Below are positions 1 through 10,842 of a stretch of DNA of 64,000 bases, piece by piece. Under the pieces are notes generated by a model. The model ran no database searches. It was not told the DNA's origin and saw only the letters and a list, made by a program, of their open reading frames with translations. Numbering within the stretch: the first letter of the stretch is position 1; each line of letters starts with the position of its first letter. Origin of the DNA: Alphaproteobacteria bacterium (GTDB lineage Bacteria; Pseudomonadota; Alphaproteobacteria; Bin95). The translations under genes were made by a program, and so were the position numbers. Location: positions 800,001-864,000 of the forward strand of contig CBDBGH010000003.1 of assembly GCA_965205265.1 (NCBI GenBank). The letters run 5' to 3'.

Positions 1-1
1 A

Positions 2-568
2 TGCCGCGGTCCAGGCGAATGCGGGGTGCGCGGTCAGCCGCTCCAGCATCCAGTCGAGGTAGTCGCCATGGTCCGTTGCCACGCGAAGCTCCGCACCTTC
101 CCGCATGGTGCGCGCGAGCCGGTCCAGCATCGGGCGCGCGACGATCCGCCGATGGCGGTGCCGCACCTTCGGCCAAGGGTCGGGAAACAGGACGAACGCC
201 CTGCCCAGCGCATTTCCGGGCAGCCGGTCCAGCACCGAAACCGCGTCGTCGCAGTGAATGCGGAGATTGGCGAGGCCTTCCGCATCCGCCCGTGCGGCCA
301 GGCTCGCCACCCCGTTCATGTAGGGTTCGGCGCCGATGAACCCGATATGCGGATGGCGCGCGGCCTGCCATGCGAGATGTTCGCCGGCTCCGAAGCCGAT
401 TTCGAGCCACAGGTCGTCTATGTCGAAACCGAACAGCGCCGCCGGGTCGAGCGGCCCGTCGGGAAGGCGCAGGGCCGGCAGGACCGTTTCCAGCGCCCGC
501 CTGCGCCCGGGATTGAGAGGCCGGCCCCGCCGCCGGCCGTAAAACCGGTAGTCGGTCGGTTCGGTCAA
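2..568 (-). CDS. trmB: tRNA (guanine-N7)-methyltransferase, 3' end beyond window
   Basis: Not in the ORF track; translated by hand from TTG at 568, overlapping the metK stop: [15 protein letters not shown]...[12 protein letters not shown]...FIGAEPY...[15 protein letters not shown]...LRVATD, the TrmB motifs. Confidence 0.93.
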   Translation of the reverse strand, partial: MTEPTDYRFYGRRRGRPLNPGRRRALETVLPALRLPDGPLDPAALFGFDIDDLWLEIGFGAGEHLAWQAARHPHIGFIGAEPYMNGVASLAARADAEGLANLRIHCDDAVSVLDRLPGNALGRAFVLFPDPWPKVRHRHRRIVARPMLDRLARTMREGAELRVATDHGDYLDWMLERLTAHPAFAWTAA

Positions 569-1755
569 GTAAGCGCGGCCTGCAGGTCCTTTGCGAGATC
601 GGTCCGTTCCCAGGAGAAACCGCCGTCGCTGTCCGGCTCGCGGCCGAAATGGCCGTAGGAGCTGGTGCGCTTGTATATCGGACGGTTGAGCCCGAGCCGC
701 ATGCGGATGCCTCTCGGGCTGAGATCGACCGCTTCGCGCACCGCATCGGCCAGCGTCTCGTCCGAAACCCGGCCCGTGCCCTGCGTGTTGAGCAGCACGG
801 AGACGGGATTTGCGACGCCGATGGCATAGGCCACCTGCACGACGCATTTGTCGGCGAGTCCCGCCGCGACGACATTCTTGGCGACATAGCGCGCCGCATA
901 GGCGGCGGAGCGGTCCACCTTGCTCGGGTCCTTGCCGGAAAACGCGCCGCCGCCGTGCGGTGCTGCGCCGCCATAGGTATCGACGATGATCTTGCGCCCC
1001 GTGAGGCCCGCATCGCCGTCCGGTCCGCCGATCACGAAGCGGCCCGTCGGGTTCACATGGAAGTCTTCCTCCGGGCACATCCAGCCTTCGGGCAGGACCT
1101 GCTCGACGAAGGGGCGGACCAGCTCCTTCACCCGGCGCTGGTCCAGACCGGGGCTGTGCTGGGTGGAAACGACTACCGAAGTCGCGCGCACGGGCCGTCC
1201 GTTCTCGTAGAGCAGCGTTACCTGGCTCTTGTTGTCCGGGCCGAGGTCGTCGCCGAACGCGCCCCGGTGCCGGGCCTCGGCCATCCTGCGCAGGATTTCA
1301 TGGCTGTACTGGATGGCGGCGGGCATCAACTCCGGGGTTTCCCGGCAGGCGTAGCCGAACATCAACCCCTGGTCGCCCGCGCCTTCGTCCTTGTTGGCGC
1401 CTGCCCCCGTCGAGCCATCGACGCCCATGGCGATGTCGCCGGACTGCTGGTGGACCACGCAAAGCACGGTGCTGTCGCGCCAGTGGAAGGTGGGCTGCTC
1501 GTAGCCGATTTCGCGCACCGCCTCGCGGGCGAGTTCGCTCATTCGCTCCCGAGTGATGGTGGAAGGACCCCGGACTTCCCCGCCGATGACGATCAGATTG
1601 GTCGTCACCATGGTCTCGACGCCGCAGCGGTTCAGTTCCGGTCGGTCCTCGGCCATGAAGGCATCCACGATCGAATCCGAAATCCGGTCGCAAATCTTGT
1701 CCGGATGGCCTTCGGACACCGACTCGCTGGTGAATTGGTAATTGCCTTCGAGCAC
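565..1755 (-). CDS. metK: S-adenosylmethionine synthetase
   Basis: [35 protein letters not shown] motifs. Confidence 0.98.
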   Translation of the reverse strand: MLEGNYQFTSESVSEGHPDKICDRISDSIVDAFMAEDRPELNRCGVETMVTTNLIVIGGEVRGPSTITRERMSELAREAVREIGYEQPTFHWRDSTVLCVVHQQSGDIAMGVDGSTGAGANKDEGAGDQGLMFGYACRETPELMPAAIQYSHEILRRMAEARHRGAFGDDLGPDNKSQVTLLYENGRPVRATSVVVSTQHSPGLDQRRVKELVRPFVEQVLPEGWMCPEEDFHVNPTGRFVIGGPDGDAGLTGRKIIVDTYGGAAPHGGGAFSGKDPSKVDRSAAYAARYVAKNVVAAGLADKCVVQVAYAIGVANPVSVLLNTQGTGRVSDETLADAVREAVDLSPRGIRMRLGLNRPIYKRTSSYGHFGREPDSDGGFSWERTDLAKDLQAALT

Positions 1756-2353
1756 GGGGCGGACGCTCCCTCAATATGGCATGGCACAGGCCCGCCGGAC
1801 GATGCGGGTCGATGACCCGTTGTCGCAAGCCGGGGCCGGGAGGGTCAAGTGTGTTGGCGTCGCATATGCGGGGCGGCCGCTATCGGGGGAGCATCGCCAT
1901 TTTGCACTTGATTATATACCTATATATTCTGTTCATGTTCCGAAGAGTCCTTGAGGGAACGAACGAGGCCATGACCTGACTGTGCGGTGGAAGCGCCGCC
2001 TGAGCGCCCTGCTTCCGCACTTGACCCGGAGCTGGAGTGGCGGCGCCCGTTGCCGGGCCCGCCAGCCCTCCGAGCCCGGTGGACGCGATAGGCGGTGGTT
2101 GCCGGGGAGTGCGCATGATATTGTTTTCTTTGGCTCCCGCAGGGGGCCAAAGGTTCTCGGTCGGGAGGTTGGGCAAGCTGTTGGACAAATCGGGATTGAT
2201 TTGGAAATATTCAATATTTTCCAAATGTTATGGTGAAATCCTGCCTCTCTCCCTGTCCGCCGGCTTCTTCCGCTTGTCCGGCTCTCGGCGAAGAGCGTTT
2301 GCGTCTCGCCTTCGGCCCCCTGTCGCAGGCGTCCGGCTCTCCAGGAGATTTGC

Positions 2354-3508
2354 ATGATCCGCAAGTTCACCACCGTCTATCCCGGCCATATCGATCTCCC
2401 GGACCGGGGGCAGGATGCGACCCCTGCCGATGAGCGGCGCTACTCCAACGAGGCGCTCGCATCCGTATTCGCCAAGACCGACGCGGTGGCGAAGAAGCTG
2501 GACGAGATCGGTTTCGACACGCTCTGGCTGGCCGAGCACCATTTCCAGCACGAAGGTTATGAGTGCATCCCGAACATCCTCATGTGCGCGGTGCATCTCG
2601 CCCATATCACCCGCTCGCTCAGGATCGGCTGCGGCTTCAACATCGCGCCGATGTGGCACCCGCTCCGCTTGGCGGAGGACTTCGCCACTGCCGACATCCT
2701 GACGCAGGGGCGCACCGTGTTCGGCGTCGGGCGCGGCTACCACACCCGCGAGGTCGAGACCTTCGGCGCGCCGATGCAGGACCAGACGGCCAACCGGGAC
2801 CTGTTCGAGGAGCAGGTCGAGATCATGTTCAAGGCGTTCAACGAGGAGAGCTTCCGCCACGAGGGCAGCCACTACACCCTGCCGCCGCGCGTGCCCTATC
2901 GAGGCTACGACCTGCAGGAGATCACCCTGGTGCCGCGCCCGGTCAACCTGCCGGTGGAATGCTGGCAGCCGGTGGTGAGCGCCAATCCGCGCGGGCTGGA
3001 CTTCATGATCCGGCACGGCATCAAGGGCGCCGTCGGCGGCGGCGCGGCGACCATGGCGGAAGGGCCGATCCAGGGCTACCGGGACGCGGCCGCCCGCGCC
3101 GGACTGGACCTGGAACTCGGCGAGAACCTGACGATCGGGATTTTCTTCTATCTCGCCGACACGAAGGAACAGGCGGTCCGCGAGATGACGCCGCTCTATG
3201 AGGAGCATGTGAAGATATTCGCGCCGCTGGGCTTCGTGCCGGGCATTTCGCCGGAGGGCGTCAGGGCGGTGTCGCGCCGGGGCGGCTGGTACGAGAACGG
3301 CGTGCCGAGGCTGGAGCACTTCATGGACCTCGGCGCCTGGTTCGCCGGCACCGCCGAAGAGCTGGTCGGACGCCTGAAGCAACTGGAAGAGCGCTACCCC
3401 GGCATGGAGCACATCAACCTCTCCACCAGCATGGGCACGCCGACCGCGCAGATGCTGGAGCAATTCGACCGCGTGGCGAAGGACGTCATGCCCGCCTTCG
3501 GGCATTGA
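2354..3508 (+). CDS. LLM-class (luciferase-like) flavin-dependent oxidoreductase
   Basis: GFDTLWLAEHHF, HPLRLAEDFATADIL..GR..FGVGRGY; GGAG upstream. Confidence 0.9.
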   Translation: MIRKFTTVYPGHIDLPDRGQDATPADERRYSNEALASVFAKTDAVAKKLDEIGFDTLWLAEHHFQHEGYECIPNILMCAVHLAHITRSLRIGCGFNIAPMWHPLRLAEDFATADILTQGRTVFGVGRGYHTREVETFGAPMQDQTANRDLFEEQVEIMFKAFNEESFRHEGSHYTLPPRVPYRGYDLQEITLVPRPVNLPVECWQPVVSANPRGLDFMIRHGIKGAVGGGAATMAEGPIQGYRDAAARAGLDLELGENLTIGIFFYLADTKEQAVREMTPLYEEHVKIFAPLGFVPGISPEGVRAVSRRGGWYENGVPRLEHFMDLGAWFAGTAEELVGRLKQLEERYPGMEHINLSTSMGTPTAQMLEQFDRVAKDVMPAFGH

Positions 3509-3596
3509 GTCGGGCAAGCGCTGCCGGCAGATTGCCGGCCGCGCCCCGTCCGCTATGTTCGCGGGGAGTGCAACGACCCGACAGAGGAACGCGCCG

Positions 3597-4427
3597 ATGG
3601 CTTTTCAGCATCTGATCTTCGATGTGGCCGACGAGATTGCGACGATTACGCTCAACCGCCCGGAGGCGCGCAATGCGCTCTCGGAGCCCATGCGGTCCGA
3701 ACTGGACGCCGTGCTGGCCGAGCTCAAGCGCGAGGGCGGGCGCAGCGTCAAGGCGGCGATCGTCACCGGGGCGGGCCGGGCGTTCTGCGCCGGGGGCGAT
3801 GTGAAGGCGATGCAGTCGCGCCAGAAGGGCGCGGAGTTCAACCGGCGCCGGATGCGCGAGGGCCACAACCGCTTCTACGACCTCATGAACCTGGAAATGC
3901 CGGTGATCGCCGCGGTCAACGGCGCGGCCGCCGGCGCCGGCTGCAATCTGGCGCTCGCCTGCGATTTCATCCTCGCCACGCCGCGCTCGATCTTCATGCA
4001 GGCCTTCGGGCGCATCGGGCTGGTGCCCGACTGGTCGGGCTTCTACCTGCTACCGCGCATTGTCGGACTGCAAAGGGCGAAGGAGCTGATCTTCAGCGCC
4101 CGCAAGCTCGGCGCAGCCGAGGCCAGGGAATACGGCATCGTCTATGAAATCCACGAGGAAGACGCGCTCATGGACGCGGCGCGGGCGCTGGCGGGGCGTT
4201 TCACAAAGGCCTCGACGACCGCCATCGGACTTTCCAAGACCATCCTCAACCAGTCGTTCAACCTCGATCACCGCACCATGCTGGAGATGGAGGCCTTCGC
4301 CCAGTCGGTCGCGTCCGGGTCCGAATACCACGCGGCGGCGGTCGCCCGCTTCGTCGGGAAGCAGCCCGCGCTGTTCGACTGGGAAGCAATGGACCGCGCG
4401 CAAACCGACGCGCTGGCCGCGGAGTAG
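3597..4427 (+). CDS. Enoyl-CoA hydratase/isomerase family
   Basis: LNRPEARNAL, AFCAGGD, AAVNGAAAGAG, GLVPD; ATG 3597 follows GAGG. Confidence 0.9.
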   Translation: MAFQHLIFDVADEIATITLNRPEARNALSEPMRSELDAVLAELKREGGRSVKAAIVTGAGRAFCAGGDVKAMQSRQKGAEFNRRRMREGHNRFYDLMNLEMPVIAAVNGAAAGAGCNLALACDFILATPRSIFMQAFGRIGLVPDWSGFYLLPRIVGLQRAKELIFSARKLGAAEAREYGIVYEIHEEDALMDAARALAGRFTKASTTAIGLSKTILNQSFNLDHRTMLEMEAFAQSVASGSEYHAAAVARFVGKQPALFDWEAMDRAQTDALAAE

Positions 4428-4493
4428 CGCGCGAAGGGAAAAAGCCGGCGCGGCCTCGCCACTGCCGGCCTTGGGAAGTCGATGGCGGGGCGG

Positions 4494-4832
4494 CTACTCG
4501 GCCGCCTCGTCGTAGGCCGCGCCCTCGTCGTAAACCGTGTCGTATTCCCGGTCCATCGTGATCGGCATCTCATACATCTCGATCTGCGGCGGATGGTCGT
4601 ATTTCGCCGTCATGTAGGCGACCCACTCCGCGTTGTAGCCCTTCTCCGCCGCCTCTCGGGACTCCCAGAGATAGATTCCCCCGCCGAGGCCGTCCCGGTA
4701 GAGCACGTTCTTGCGGATCAGCCCCTCGGTCGCCATGTAGCGCGGGATCGAATCGCGGAACATCTGCACGGCGGTTTCCCGGTCGGTGCCTTCCGGCAAT
4801 CCGTAGGTGACAACGGCGATCATCCTCGTCAT
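4494..4832 (-). CDS. Small YdhR-like putative monooxygenase (dimeric alpha/beta barrel)
   Basis: C-terminal part of ORF 4494..5405: GLIRKN...GGGIYLWESREAA. Confidence 0.7.
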   Translation of the reverse strand: MTRMIAVVTYGLPEGTDRETAVQMFRDSIPRYMATEGLIRKNVLYRDGLGGGIYLWESREAAEKGYNAEWVAYMTAKYDHPPQIEMYEMPITMDREYDTVYDEGAAYDEAAE

Positions 4833-4976
4833 GGCCCGTCTCCCGTCATTTGCGGGCAAGCATAGCAGAACGGCCGCGCCAGCGGCCGCCCCCTCGTATG
4901 CTGCTTGTCGCGTTCCTTCCGCCGGGGTATCGATGCAGGATCGCCCGGCATTTCCGGAAGAGAAGGGAGCATCCGA

Positions 4977-5300
4977 ATGGCGTTTTACGAGCTTCGCCGG
5001 TACACGGTCCGGCCCGGCAAGATGGATGAGTGGCTCGAATTCATGGAGGGGACCATCATCCCGTTCCAGGTTTCCAAGGGCATGGTCATCACCGGAAGCT
5101 ATCGCGGCGAGGAGGACGACTCGGTCTATTTCTGGACGCGCCGCTTCGAGAGCGAAGCAAGCCGCGAGGCGCTCTACGCCGCCGTTTACGAGAGCGATTT
5201 CTGGAAGAACGAGGTCGCGCCCAAGGTCGTGGACCTCATCGACCGCGACCTGATCCAGGTCACCCGCGTGGTGCCGACAGCGCGCTCTGTGGCGCAGTGA
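4977..5300 (+). CDS. NIPSNAP family protein
   Basis: FYELRRYTVRPGKMDEW...VYFWTRRFES; GGGAG RBS. Confidence 0.85.
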   Translation: MAFYELRRYTVRPGKMDEWLEFMEGTIIPFQVSKGMVITGSYRGEEDDSVYFWTRRFESEASREALYAAVYESDFWKNEVAPKVVDLIDRDLIQVTRVVPTARSVAQ

Positions 5301-5325
5301 CGCAATAAATCCGGGCGGCCCCCGG

Positions 5326-5715
5326 TCAGGCGGCGCGGGCCTCGAAGAGCGGACGCGCCGTCTTGGCGTAAGTGTGCTTGGCGACGATCCGGCCGCCTTC
5401 GACATGCAGCAGGTCCAGGCCGCGCCAGGCGCTCGACCGTTCCGGCGTGGTGAGCACGCAGGACCAGGAAATCATCGCCTTGCCGTCTTGCGCGTCGAGG
5501 AACAGGTCCTCCTCCTCGAAGCGCACCTTGCCGAACTTGCCCGCGAACATCGGCTCGAACGCCGCCCTGATCGCTTCCTTGCCCTCGTGCCGGGCCCCGT
5601 GGAACTCGTCATAGACCGCGTCCTCGGCGAACCAGGCCATGACGCCGTCGAGGTCGTCGCGGTTGAAGGCGTCGGTGAACTGGAGCGTGATTTGCTTGAG
5701 CTCGTGGCGGGTCAT
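5326..5715 (-). CDS. NTF2/SnoaL-like protein
   Basis: FTDAFNRDDLDGVMAWFAEDAVY...GLDLLHVEGGRIVAKHTY. Confidence 0.8.
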   Translation of the reverse strand: MTRHELKQITLQFTDAFNRDDLDGVMAWFAEDAVYDEFHGARHEGKEAIRAAFEPMFAGKFGKVRFEEEDLFLDAQDGKAMISWSCVLTTPERSSAWRGLDLLHVEGGRIVAKHTYAKTARPLFEARAA

Positions 5716-5747
5716 GCGCGGTCCTCCGGGGCAGGTGTCCGGGCCCA

Positions 5748-6896
5748 TTATAGCCGCTCCGCCGGCGCGGGGGCGCGCGGCGTGAAGGGGCGGCGCTGGC
5801 CGGCCGCCTCCATCAGCGGCATCACCTCCTCGATCCACTGGCGGCACTCGCCGAGATAGTCCACCCAGGAGAGCAGCAGCCCGTCCACGCCCATGTCCGA
5901 AAGCCGCTCCAGCTCCTCGACGATGTCCTCCGCCGTCCCGATCAGCGGATAGCCGCCATGGCCTGCCTTGAAGTGGAAGCGGAAGGCGTCCATCACGGCC
6001 GGCTCCAGCGTACCGGACTGGAGCCCGAAGATTTCCAGCATGTTGGCGACCGCCGCATCGTCGCCGCGCTCGACGACATAGTGGCGGAGATAGTCTTCGG
6101 CCTCGCGCCGCGTCGGGCGGCAGACGACATAGCCGTGGATCCAGCATTGCGAGGAGCGCCCGAGATCGGCAGCCATGGCCTTGAGATGCGAAATCTGCGC
6201 CCGGTCGCTGCCCTCGTCCTTCTGGCGCAGCATGACGAAATTCATGTCGGCATGGGCGGCTGAGAAGGCCTGTCCGGCGGGCGAACTGCCGGCGTTCATG
6301 ATCGGCGGCCGCGGGCGCTGGAGGGGTTTCGGCTCGCTCCAGAGCGCCCTGCCGCTGAAGAAGCGCCCGTCCAGGTCGAACGGCTCCGTCTCGCTCCAGA
6401 GGCGCTTCACCAGGGAAAGCCATTCTTCCGCATAGACGTAGCGGTCGTCATGGCCGCGCATGTCGAGCCCGAACATGTCGAACTCGTTCTTGAACCAGCC
6501 GGCGACGAGGTTGAGCGCGAAGCGGCCCCCGGAGATATGGTCCACCGTCGCGCCCATCTTGGCCGCCGCGACCGGGTGGACCAGCGGCGCGTGGACTGTC
6601 GAGAAGACGGTGGTGTGCGAAGTCTCGGCCGCGATGCCGGCCGCCCAGGTCAGGCTCTCGAAGGTCCGGTTGTTGAAATTAGTCTCGCCGCCATAGCCCT
6701 TCCAGCGGCCGACCGGCAGCAGCGCCTCGAAACCGGCGGCGTCCGCCATGCGGGCGAGCGCCCGGTTGTCCTCCCATGTCATCGGCCAGGCGCCGTCCGC
6801 CGTCGTCACGGTGGAGCCGTGCGAGCAGTTGAACGCCATCACGCCGAGCCCGATGCGGTTGTCGTTGAAGAGCGGGCTCCGCGGCGCGTCGATCAT
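5748..6896 (-). CDS. LLM-class flavin-dependent monooxygenase (SsuD/RutA-like)
   Basis: GFEALLPVGRWKGYGG, DHISGGRFALNLVAGW, AGSSPAG. Confidence 0.88.
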   Translation of the reverse strand: MIDAPRSPLFNDNRIGLGVMAFNCSHGSTVTTADGAWPMTWEDNRALARMADAAGFEALLPVGRWKGYGGETNFNNRTFESLTWAAGIAAETSHTTVFSTVHAPLVHPVAAAKMGATVDHISGGRFALNLVAGWFKNEFDMFGLDMRGHDDRYVYAEEWLSLVKRLWSETEPFDLDGRFFSGRALWSEPKPLQRPRPPIMNAGSSPAGQAFSAAHADMNFVMLRQKDEGSDRAQISHLKAMAADLGRSSQCWIHGYVVCRPTRREAEDYLRHYVVERGDDAAVANMLEIFGLQSGTLEPAVMDAFRFHFKAGHGGYPLIGTAEDIVEELERLSDMGVDGLLLSWVDYLGECRQWIEEVMPLMEAAGQRRPFTPRAPAPAERL

Positions 6897-8098
6897 GGTT
6901 CTGCGGCCGTCGCCGTCACGCCCGCCTCGACCAGCGCCCGGATTTCCACCGCGTCGAGCCCCGCCTCGCGCAGCACTTCCTCGCTGTGCTGGCCGGCCTG
7001 CGGCGCCTGCAGGCGGATCGAACCCGGCGTCCTGGAGAAGGAGACGGGCGGGCGCATATGCACGAGGCGGCCTTCCGAGGGGTGGTCGAGGGTCTGGAAG
7101 AACTCCACGGCCTGCAGATGCGGGTCGTCGAACAGCGTCTCGGGAGAGTGCATCGGCATGCAGGGAATATCGGCGGCCTCCAGCTTCTCCAGCCAGTCCG
7201 CCGTCGTCCGGCCCCGCATGATGTCCGCGAGGATCCGGTAAAGCGCCTCGATGTTCCGCGAACGGGCGGTCATGGTCGCAAAGCGCTCGTCCTCCGCAAG
7301 CTCCGGCCGCCCCGCAATCCCGAAGAAGCGGCGCCAGTGGCGGTCGTTGTAGGGCAGCACGCAGAGATGGCCGTCAGCGGTCTCGTGCGGGCGGCGCCAC
7401 GGCGTCAGCAGGCGTTCGTATCCGGCGGGCCCCAGCGGCGGGTCGAAGACGCGCCCCTGCTGGTGCTCGTTCATCACGAAGGAGGCGAAACACTCGAACA
7501 TGCCGCAGTGGATCTCCTGTCCCTCGCCGGTCCGGGCGCGGTGGTGGAGCGCCATCAGGATCGAGAAGAGCGCGAACAGGCCGCTGGTCTTGTCGGCCAG
7601 CACGGAGGGGGCGTAGCGCGGCGCGCCGCCGGTCTGCGCGCCCTCCAGCCAGGCGAGCCCGGAGACGCCCTGGATCAGGTCGTCATAGGCGGGCTTGTCG
7701 GCGTAGGGACCGTCCTTGCCGAAGCCGACGGCGGTGCAATAGACGATATCGGGCCGGTGCTCTGCGATCGCCTCATAGTCGATGCCGAGCCGGGCGGCGG
7801 GCTTCGGCCGCATATTGTGGATGAATACGTCGGCCGTCCGGGCCAGCCGGTAGAGCGCCTCGCGGCCGGCGGCCTGCTTCAGGTCGAGCACGAGGCTGCG
7901 CTTGTTGCGCGCCTTGGTGAGGATGCCGGCCGCCATGCCCCCGTTGCGGCGCGGCCCCACCTGGCGGCTGATATCGCCGCCCGGCGGTTCGATCTTCACC
8001 ACATCGGCGCCGTAGTCGCCCATCAACTGGGTGCAGTAGGGGCCGTACATCACGGTCGTGAGATCGAGCACGCGCAATCCGGCAAGCGGTCCGGACAT
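6893..8098 (-). CDS. CaiB/BaiF family III CoA-transferase
   Basis: GPLAGLRVLDLT..GP...GADVVKIEPP.GD, RNKRSLVLDLK. Confidence 0.92.
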   Translation of the reverse strand: MSGPLAGLRVLDLTTVMYGPYCTQLMGDYGADVVKIEPPGGDISRQVGPRRNGGMAAGILTKARNKRSLVLDLKQAAGREALYRLARTADVFIHNMRPKPAARLGIDYEAIAEHRPDIVYCTAVGFGKDGPYADKPAYDDLIQGVSGLAWLEGAQTGGAPRYAPSVLADKTSGLFALFSILMALHHRARTGEGQEIHCGMFECFASFVMNEHQQGRVFDPPLGPAGYERLLTPWRRPHETADGHLCVLPYNDRHWRRFFGIAGRPELAEDERFATMTARSRNIEALYRILADIMRGRTTADWLEKLEAADIPCMPMHSPETLFDDPHLQAVEFFQTLDHPSEGRLVHMRPPVSFSRTPGSIRLQAPQAGQHSEEVLREAGLDAVEIRALVEAGVTATAAEP

Positions 8099-8161
8099 TC
8101 CGCTCCTCCGTTTGTTTTGCACATTCTGGCCCGCCGGCCGGAAGCGGGGAAGGGCGGGCCT

Positions 8162-9235
8162 TCAGCCCGTCTGGGCGCGGTGCCTCAGCAGGTGGTCGGC
8201 CAGCACCAGCGCCATCATCGCCTCGCCCACGGGCACCGCGCGGATGCCGACGCAGGGATCGTGGCGGCCCGTGGTGACGATCTCGACCGCCTCGCCCGCT
8301 TCGGTGACCCCCCGGCGCGGAATGAGGATCGAGCTGGTCGGCTTGACCGCAAAACGCGCGACCACGGGCTGGCCCGAGGAAATGCCGCCCAGCACGCCGC
8401 CGGCATTGTTGGAGAGGAAGGCAATGCCGCCTTCGCCGTCCGGGGCCATCTCGTCATGGGCGGCCTCGCCGCGTTTCGCCGCCGAAGCGAAGCCGTCGCC
8501 CATCTCGACGCCCTTGACCGCGTTTATGCTCATCATCGCCGCGGCAAGGTCGCCGTCGAGCTTGCCATAAACCGGCTCGCCGAGGCCGGCCGGCACGCCC
8601 TCCGCGACGATCTCGATGACCGCGCCGACGGACGATCCGGCCTTGCGGACCGAATCGAGATAGTCCGCCCATTCCTCCACCGCGGCGGCGTCCGGGCAGA
8701 AGAAGGGATTGTTGCCCACGGCATTCCAGTCCCACCGGGCGCGGTCCACGGTCTTCTCGCCCATCCGGACCAGCGCGCCGCGAATCGAGACGCCCTCGCC
8801 CAGCACCTTGCGCGCGATGCCTCCGGCCGCCACCCGCATGGCGGTCTCGCGGGCCGAGGACCGCCCGCCGCCGCGATAGTCGCGAATGCCGTATTTCCGC
8901 CAGTAGGTGTAGTCGGCATGGCCGGGGCGGAAACGGTCGGCGATCTTCGAATAATCCCGGGAGCGCTGGTCCACATTCTCGATCGCGAGGCCGATAGGGG
9001 TGCCCGTCGTCCGCCCCTCGAACACGCCGGAGAGGATCTTCACCCTGTCGGGTTCGCGGCGCTGGGTGGTGAAGCGGGACTGGCCGGGCCGGCGCTTGTC
9101 GAGCCAGACTTGGAGGTCGTCCGGGACCAGCGGAATGCCGGGCGGGCAGCCGTCCACCACGCAGCCTATGGCCGGCCCGTGGCTCTCTCCCCAGGTGGTG
9201 AAGCGAAAGGCCTGCCCGAATCCGTTCGACGCCAT
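8162..9235 (-). CDS. aroC: Chorismate synthase
   Basis: [34 protein letters not shown]. Confidence 0.97.
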   Translation of the reverse strand: MASNGFGQAFRFTTWGESHGPAIGCVVDGCPPGIPLVPDDLQVWLDKRRPGQSRFTTQRREPDRVKILSGVFEGRTTGTPIGLAIENVDQRSRDYSKIADRFRPGHADYTYWRKYGIRDYRGGGRSSARETAMRVAAGGIARKVLGEGVSIRGALVRMGEKTVDRARWDWNAVGNNPFFCPDAAAVEEWADYLDSVRKAGSSVGAVIEIVAEGVPAGLGEPVYGKLDGDLAAAMMSINAVKGVEMGDGFASAAKRGEAAHDEMAPDGEGGIAFLSNNAGGVLGGISSGQPVVARFAVKPTSSILIPRRGVTEAGEAVEIVTTGRHDPCVGIRAVPVGEAMMALVLADHLLRHRAQTG

Positions 9236-10077
9236 CAGCCGTATTTCGGCTTGAAGCTCGCCAGCAGGTCCGACGTGTCCCCCGCCCGGTGCGGGTTCAT
9301 CATGCCGACGGTGTGGTAGCCGCAATCCACATGATGCACCTCGCCGGTGACGCCGGCGCTCATCGGGCTGAGCAGATAGAGGGCGGACTGGCCGATCTGC
9401 TCCAGGGTGACATTGGCCTGCAGCGGCGAGTTCAACTCGTTCCACCTCAGGATGAAACGGAAATCGCCGATCCCGGACGCGGCGAGGGTCTTCACCGGCC
9501 CGGCCGATATGGCGTTGACGCGGATGCCGTCATTGCCGAAATCGGCCGCCATGTAGCGCACGCTCGCTTCCAGCGCGGCCTTGGCGACGCCCATGACGTT
9601 GTAGTGCGGCATCACCTGCTCGGCGCCGTAATAGGTGAGGGTCAGCATCGCCCCGCCCGGCTCCATCAGCGCCGAGGCCCGGCGGGCGAGGTCCGTGAAG
9701 GAGAAGCAGGAGATGTCGAGCGACATGCGGAAGTTCTCGCGCGTCGTATCGACATAGCGGCCCTTGAGTTGGTCCTTGTCGGAAAAGGCGATGGCGTGGA
9801 CGACGAAATCGAGCCGGCCCCATTCGGCCGCGAGCGTCTCGAACAGGGCGTACATGCTGGCGTCGTCGGCGACATCGGCCGGCAGCACCAGCGCCGCGCC
9901 CAGCGACTCGGCGAGCGGGCGCACGCGCTTGACAAGCTGCTCCGTCTGGTAGGTGACGGCGAGTTCGGCGCCGCTCCCCGCCAGCGCCTGCGCGATCCCC
10001 CAGGCTATGGAGCGGTCGTTCGCCATGCCCATGATGAGCCCGCGCTTGCCGGTCATGGCGGCCGATGATGCGGTCAT
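9235..10077 (-). CDS. fabI: Enoyl-ACP reductase
   Basis: [39 protein letters not shown]. Confidence 0.96.
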   Translation of the reverse strand: MTASSAAMTGKRGLIMGMANDRSIAWGIAQALAGSGAELAVTYQTEQLVKRVRPLAESLGAALVLPADVADDASMYALFETLAAEWGRLDFVVHAIAFSDKDQLKGRYVDTTRENFRMSLDISCFSFTDLARRASALMEPGGAMLTLTYYGAEQVMPHYNVMGVAKAALEASVRYMAADFGNDGIRVNAISAGPVKTLAASGIGDFRFILRWNELNSPLQANVTLEQIGQSALYLLSPMSAGVTGEVHHVDCGYHTVGMMNPHRAGDTSDLLASFKPKYG

Positions 10078-10102
10078 GGCGTTCTCCGGGGTCGGGTGAG
10101 GC

Positions 10103-10771
10103 TCAGCTTTCGCCCCCGGTTGCGACCAGACGCCAATTCGGGTCGGGCGACCGCGTGTCCCGGGCGAAGGTCCACACGTCGGTGATCTCCTCGATGGCGT
10201 TGGTCGCGCCGGAGAGCGTCTGGCCCTCGGAATCGCGCAGCACGCCGACCTGCTCCGAGACGAAACGGACCGTCGCCCAGGCCTCATGGCCGTCCAGCCC
10301 GGCATCGGTGAGCTCGGCTTCCTTGATGCCGATCAGCGTCGCCTCGAGGATATGGCCCTTCTCCTCCCGGTCGGCGATGGTGCGCTCGAAATTGCCGAAC
10401 ACCTCGGCGCTGGTCAGCGGCCGGAGCGTGTCCCGGTCGCCGCCGGCAAACGCGTTCACGATCATCTCGAACGCCGCGCGCGCGCCCGAAGCGAACAGCT
10501 CCGGGTCGAAGCTCGCGTCCACGCCCCGGATCTGCCGTATGCCGTCTCCGAGCGGCGTGCCGTCGCTCTCTTCGTCCTCGCCCTTGTTGCGGTCGGGCAG
10601 CGCTATCACATTGTCGTTGGAGTTCGCGTCGCCGGCGGCGTTCGGCTCCGCCTGCGGGGGCGCCTGGTGATGCCCCTGGCGGCGGCCCAGGACGCTGCGC
10701 AGCCGGAAGACGAGGAACGCCGCCACCATGGCGAAGAACAACAGGTCGAAGAACGGAATTCCGCCGTCCAT
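10103..10771 (-). CDS. Tim44/TimA family protein
   Basis: N-terminal TM segment plus RLRSVLGRR, F..GARAAFEMIV, DVWTFARD...DPNWRLVAT. Confidence 0.9.
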   Translation of the reverse strand: MDGGIPFFDLLFFAMVAAFLVFRLRSVLGRRQGHHQAPPQAEPNAAGDANSNDNVIALPDRNKGEDEESDGTPLGDGIRQIRGVDASFDPELFASGARAAFEMIVNAFAGGDRDTLRPLTSAEVFGNFERTIADREEKGHILEATLIGIKEAELTDAGLDGHEAWATVRFVSEQVGVLRDSEGQTLSGATNAIEEITDVWTFARDTRSPDPNWRLVATGGES

Positions 10772-10813
10772 GGGCGCTCACTACCGGCCGTTGCGGCCGA
10801 TCCCTTCACTCGA

Positions 10814-10842
10814 TTGACCAGAGATAAGCCCAAGTCTAGGAA
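10814..10842 (+). promoter_or_regulatory. Candidate fxsA promoter
   Basis: TTGACC-N17-TAGGAA, 9 bp upstream of the fxsA ATG. Confidence 0.35.

Noticed and set aside
1756-1870. SAM riboswitch upstream of metK
   Set aside because: No SAM-II or SAM-SAH consensus recognisable by eye.
6986-9319. Long antisense or alternate-frame ORFs (e.g. 6986..9319, 19534..22545, 24290..26347, 32646..34898, 33679..35910, 54896..56890)
   Set aside because: Shadow ORFs of high-GC genes; they overlap well-supported CDSs and have no motifs.
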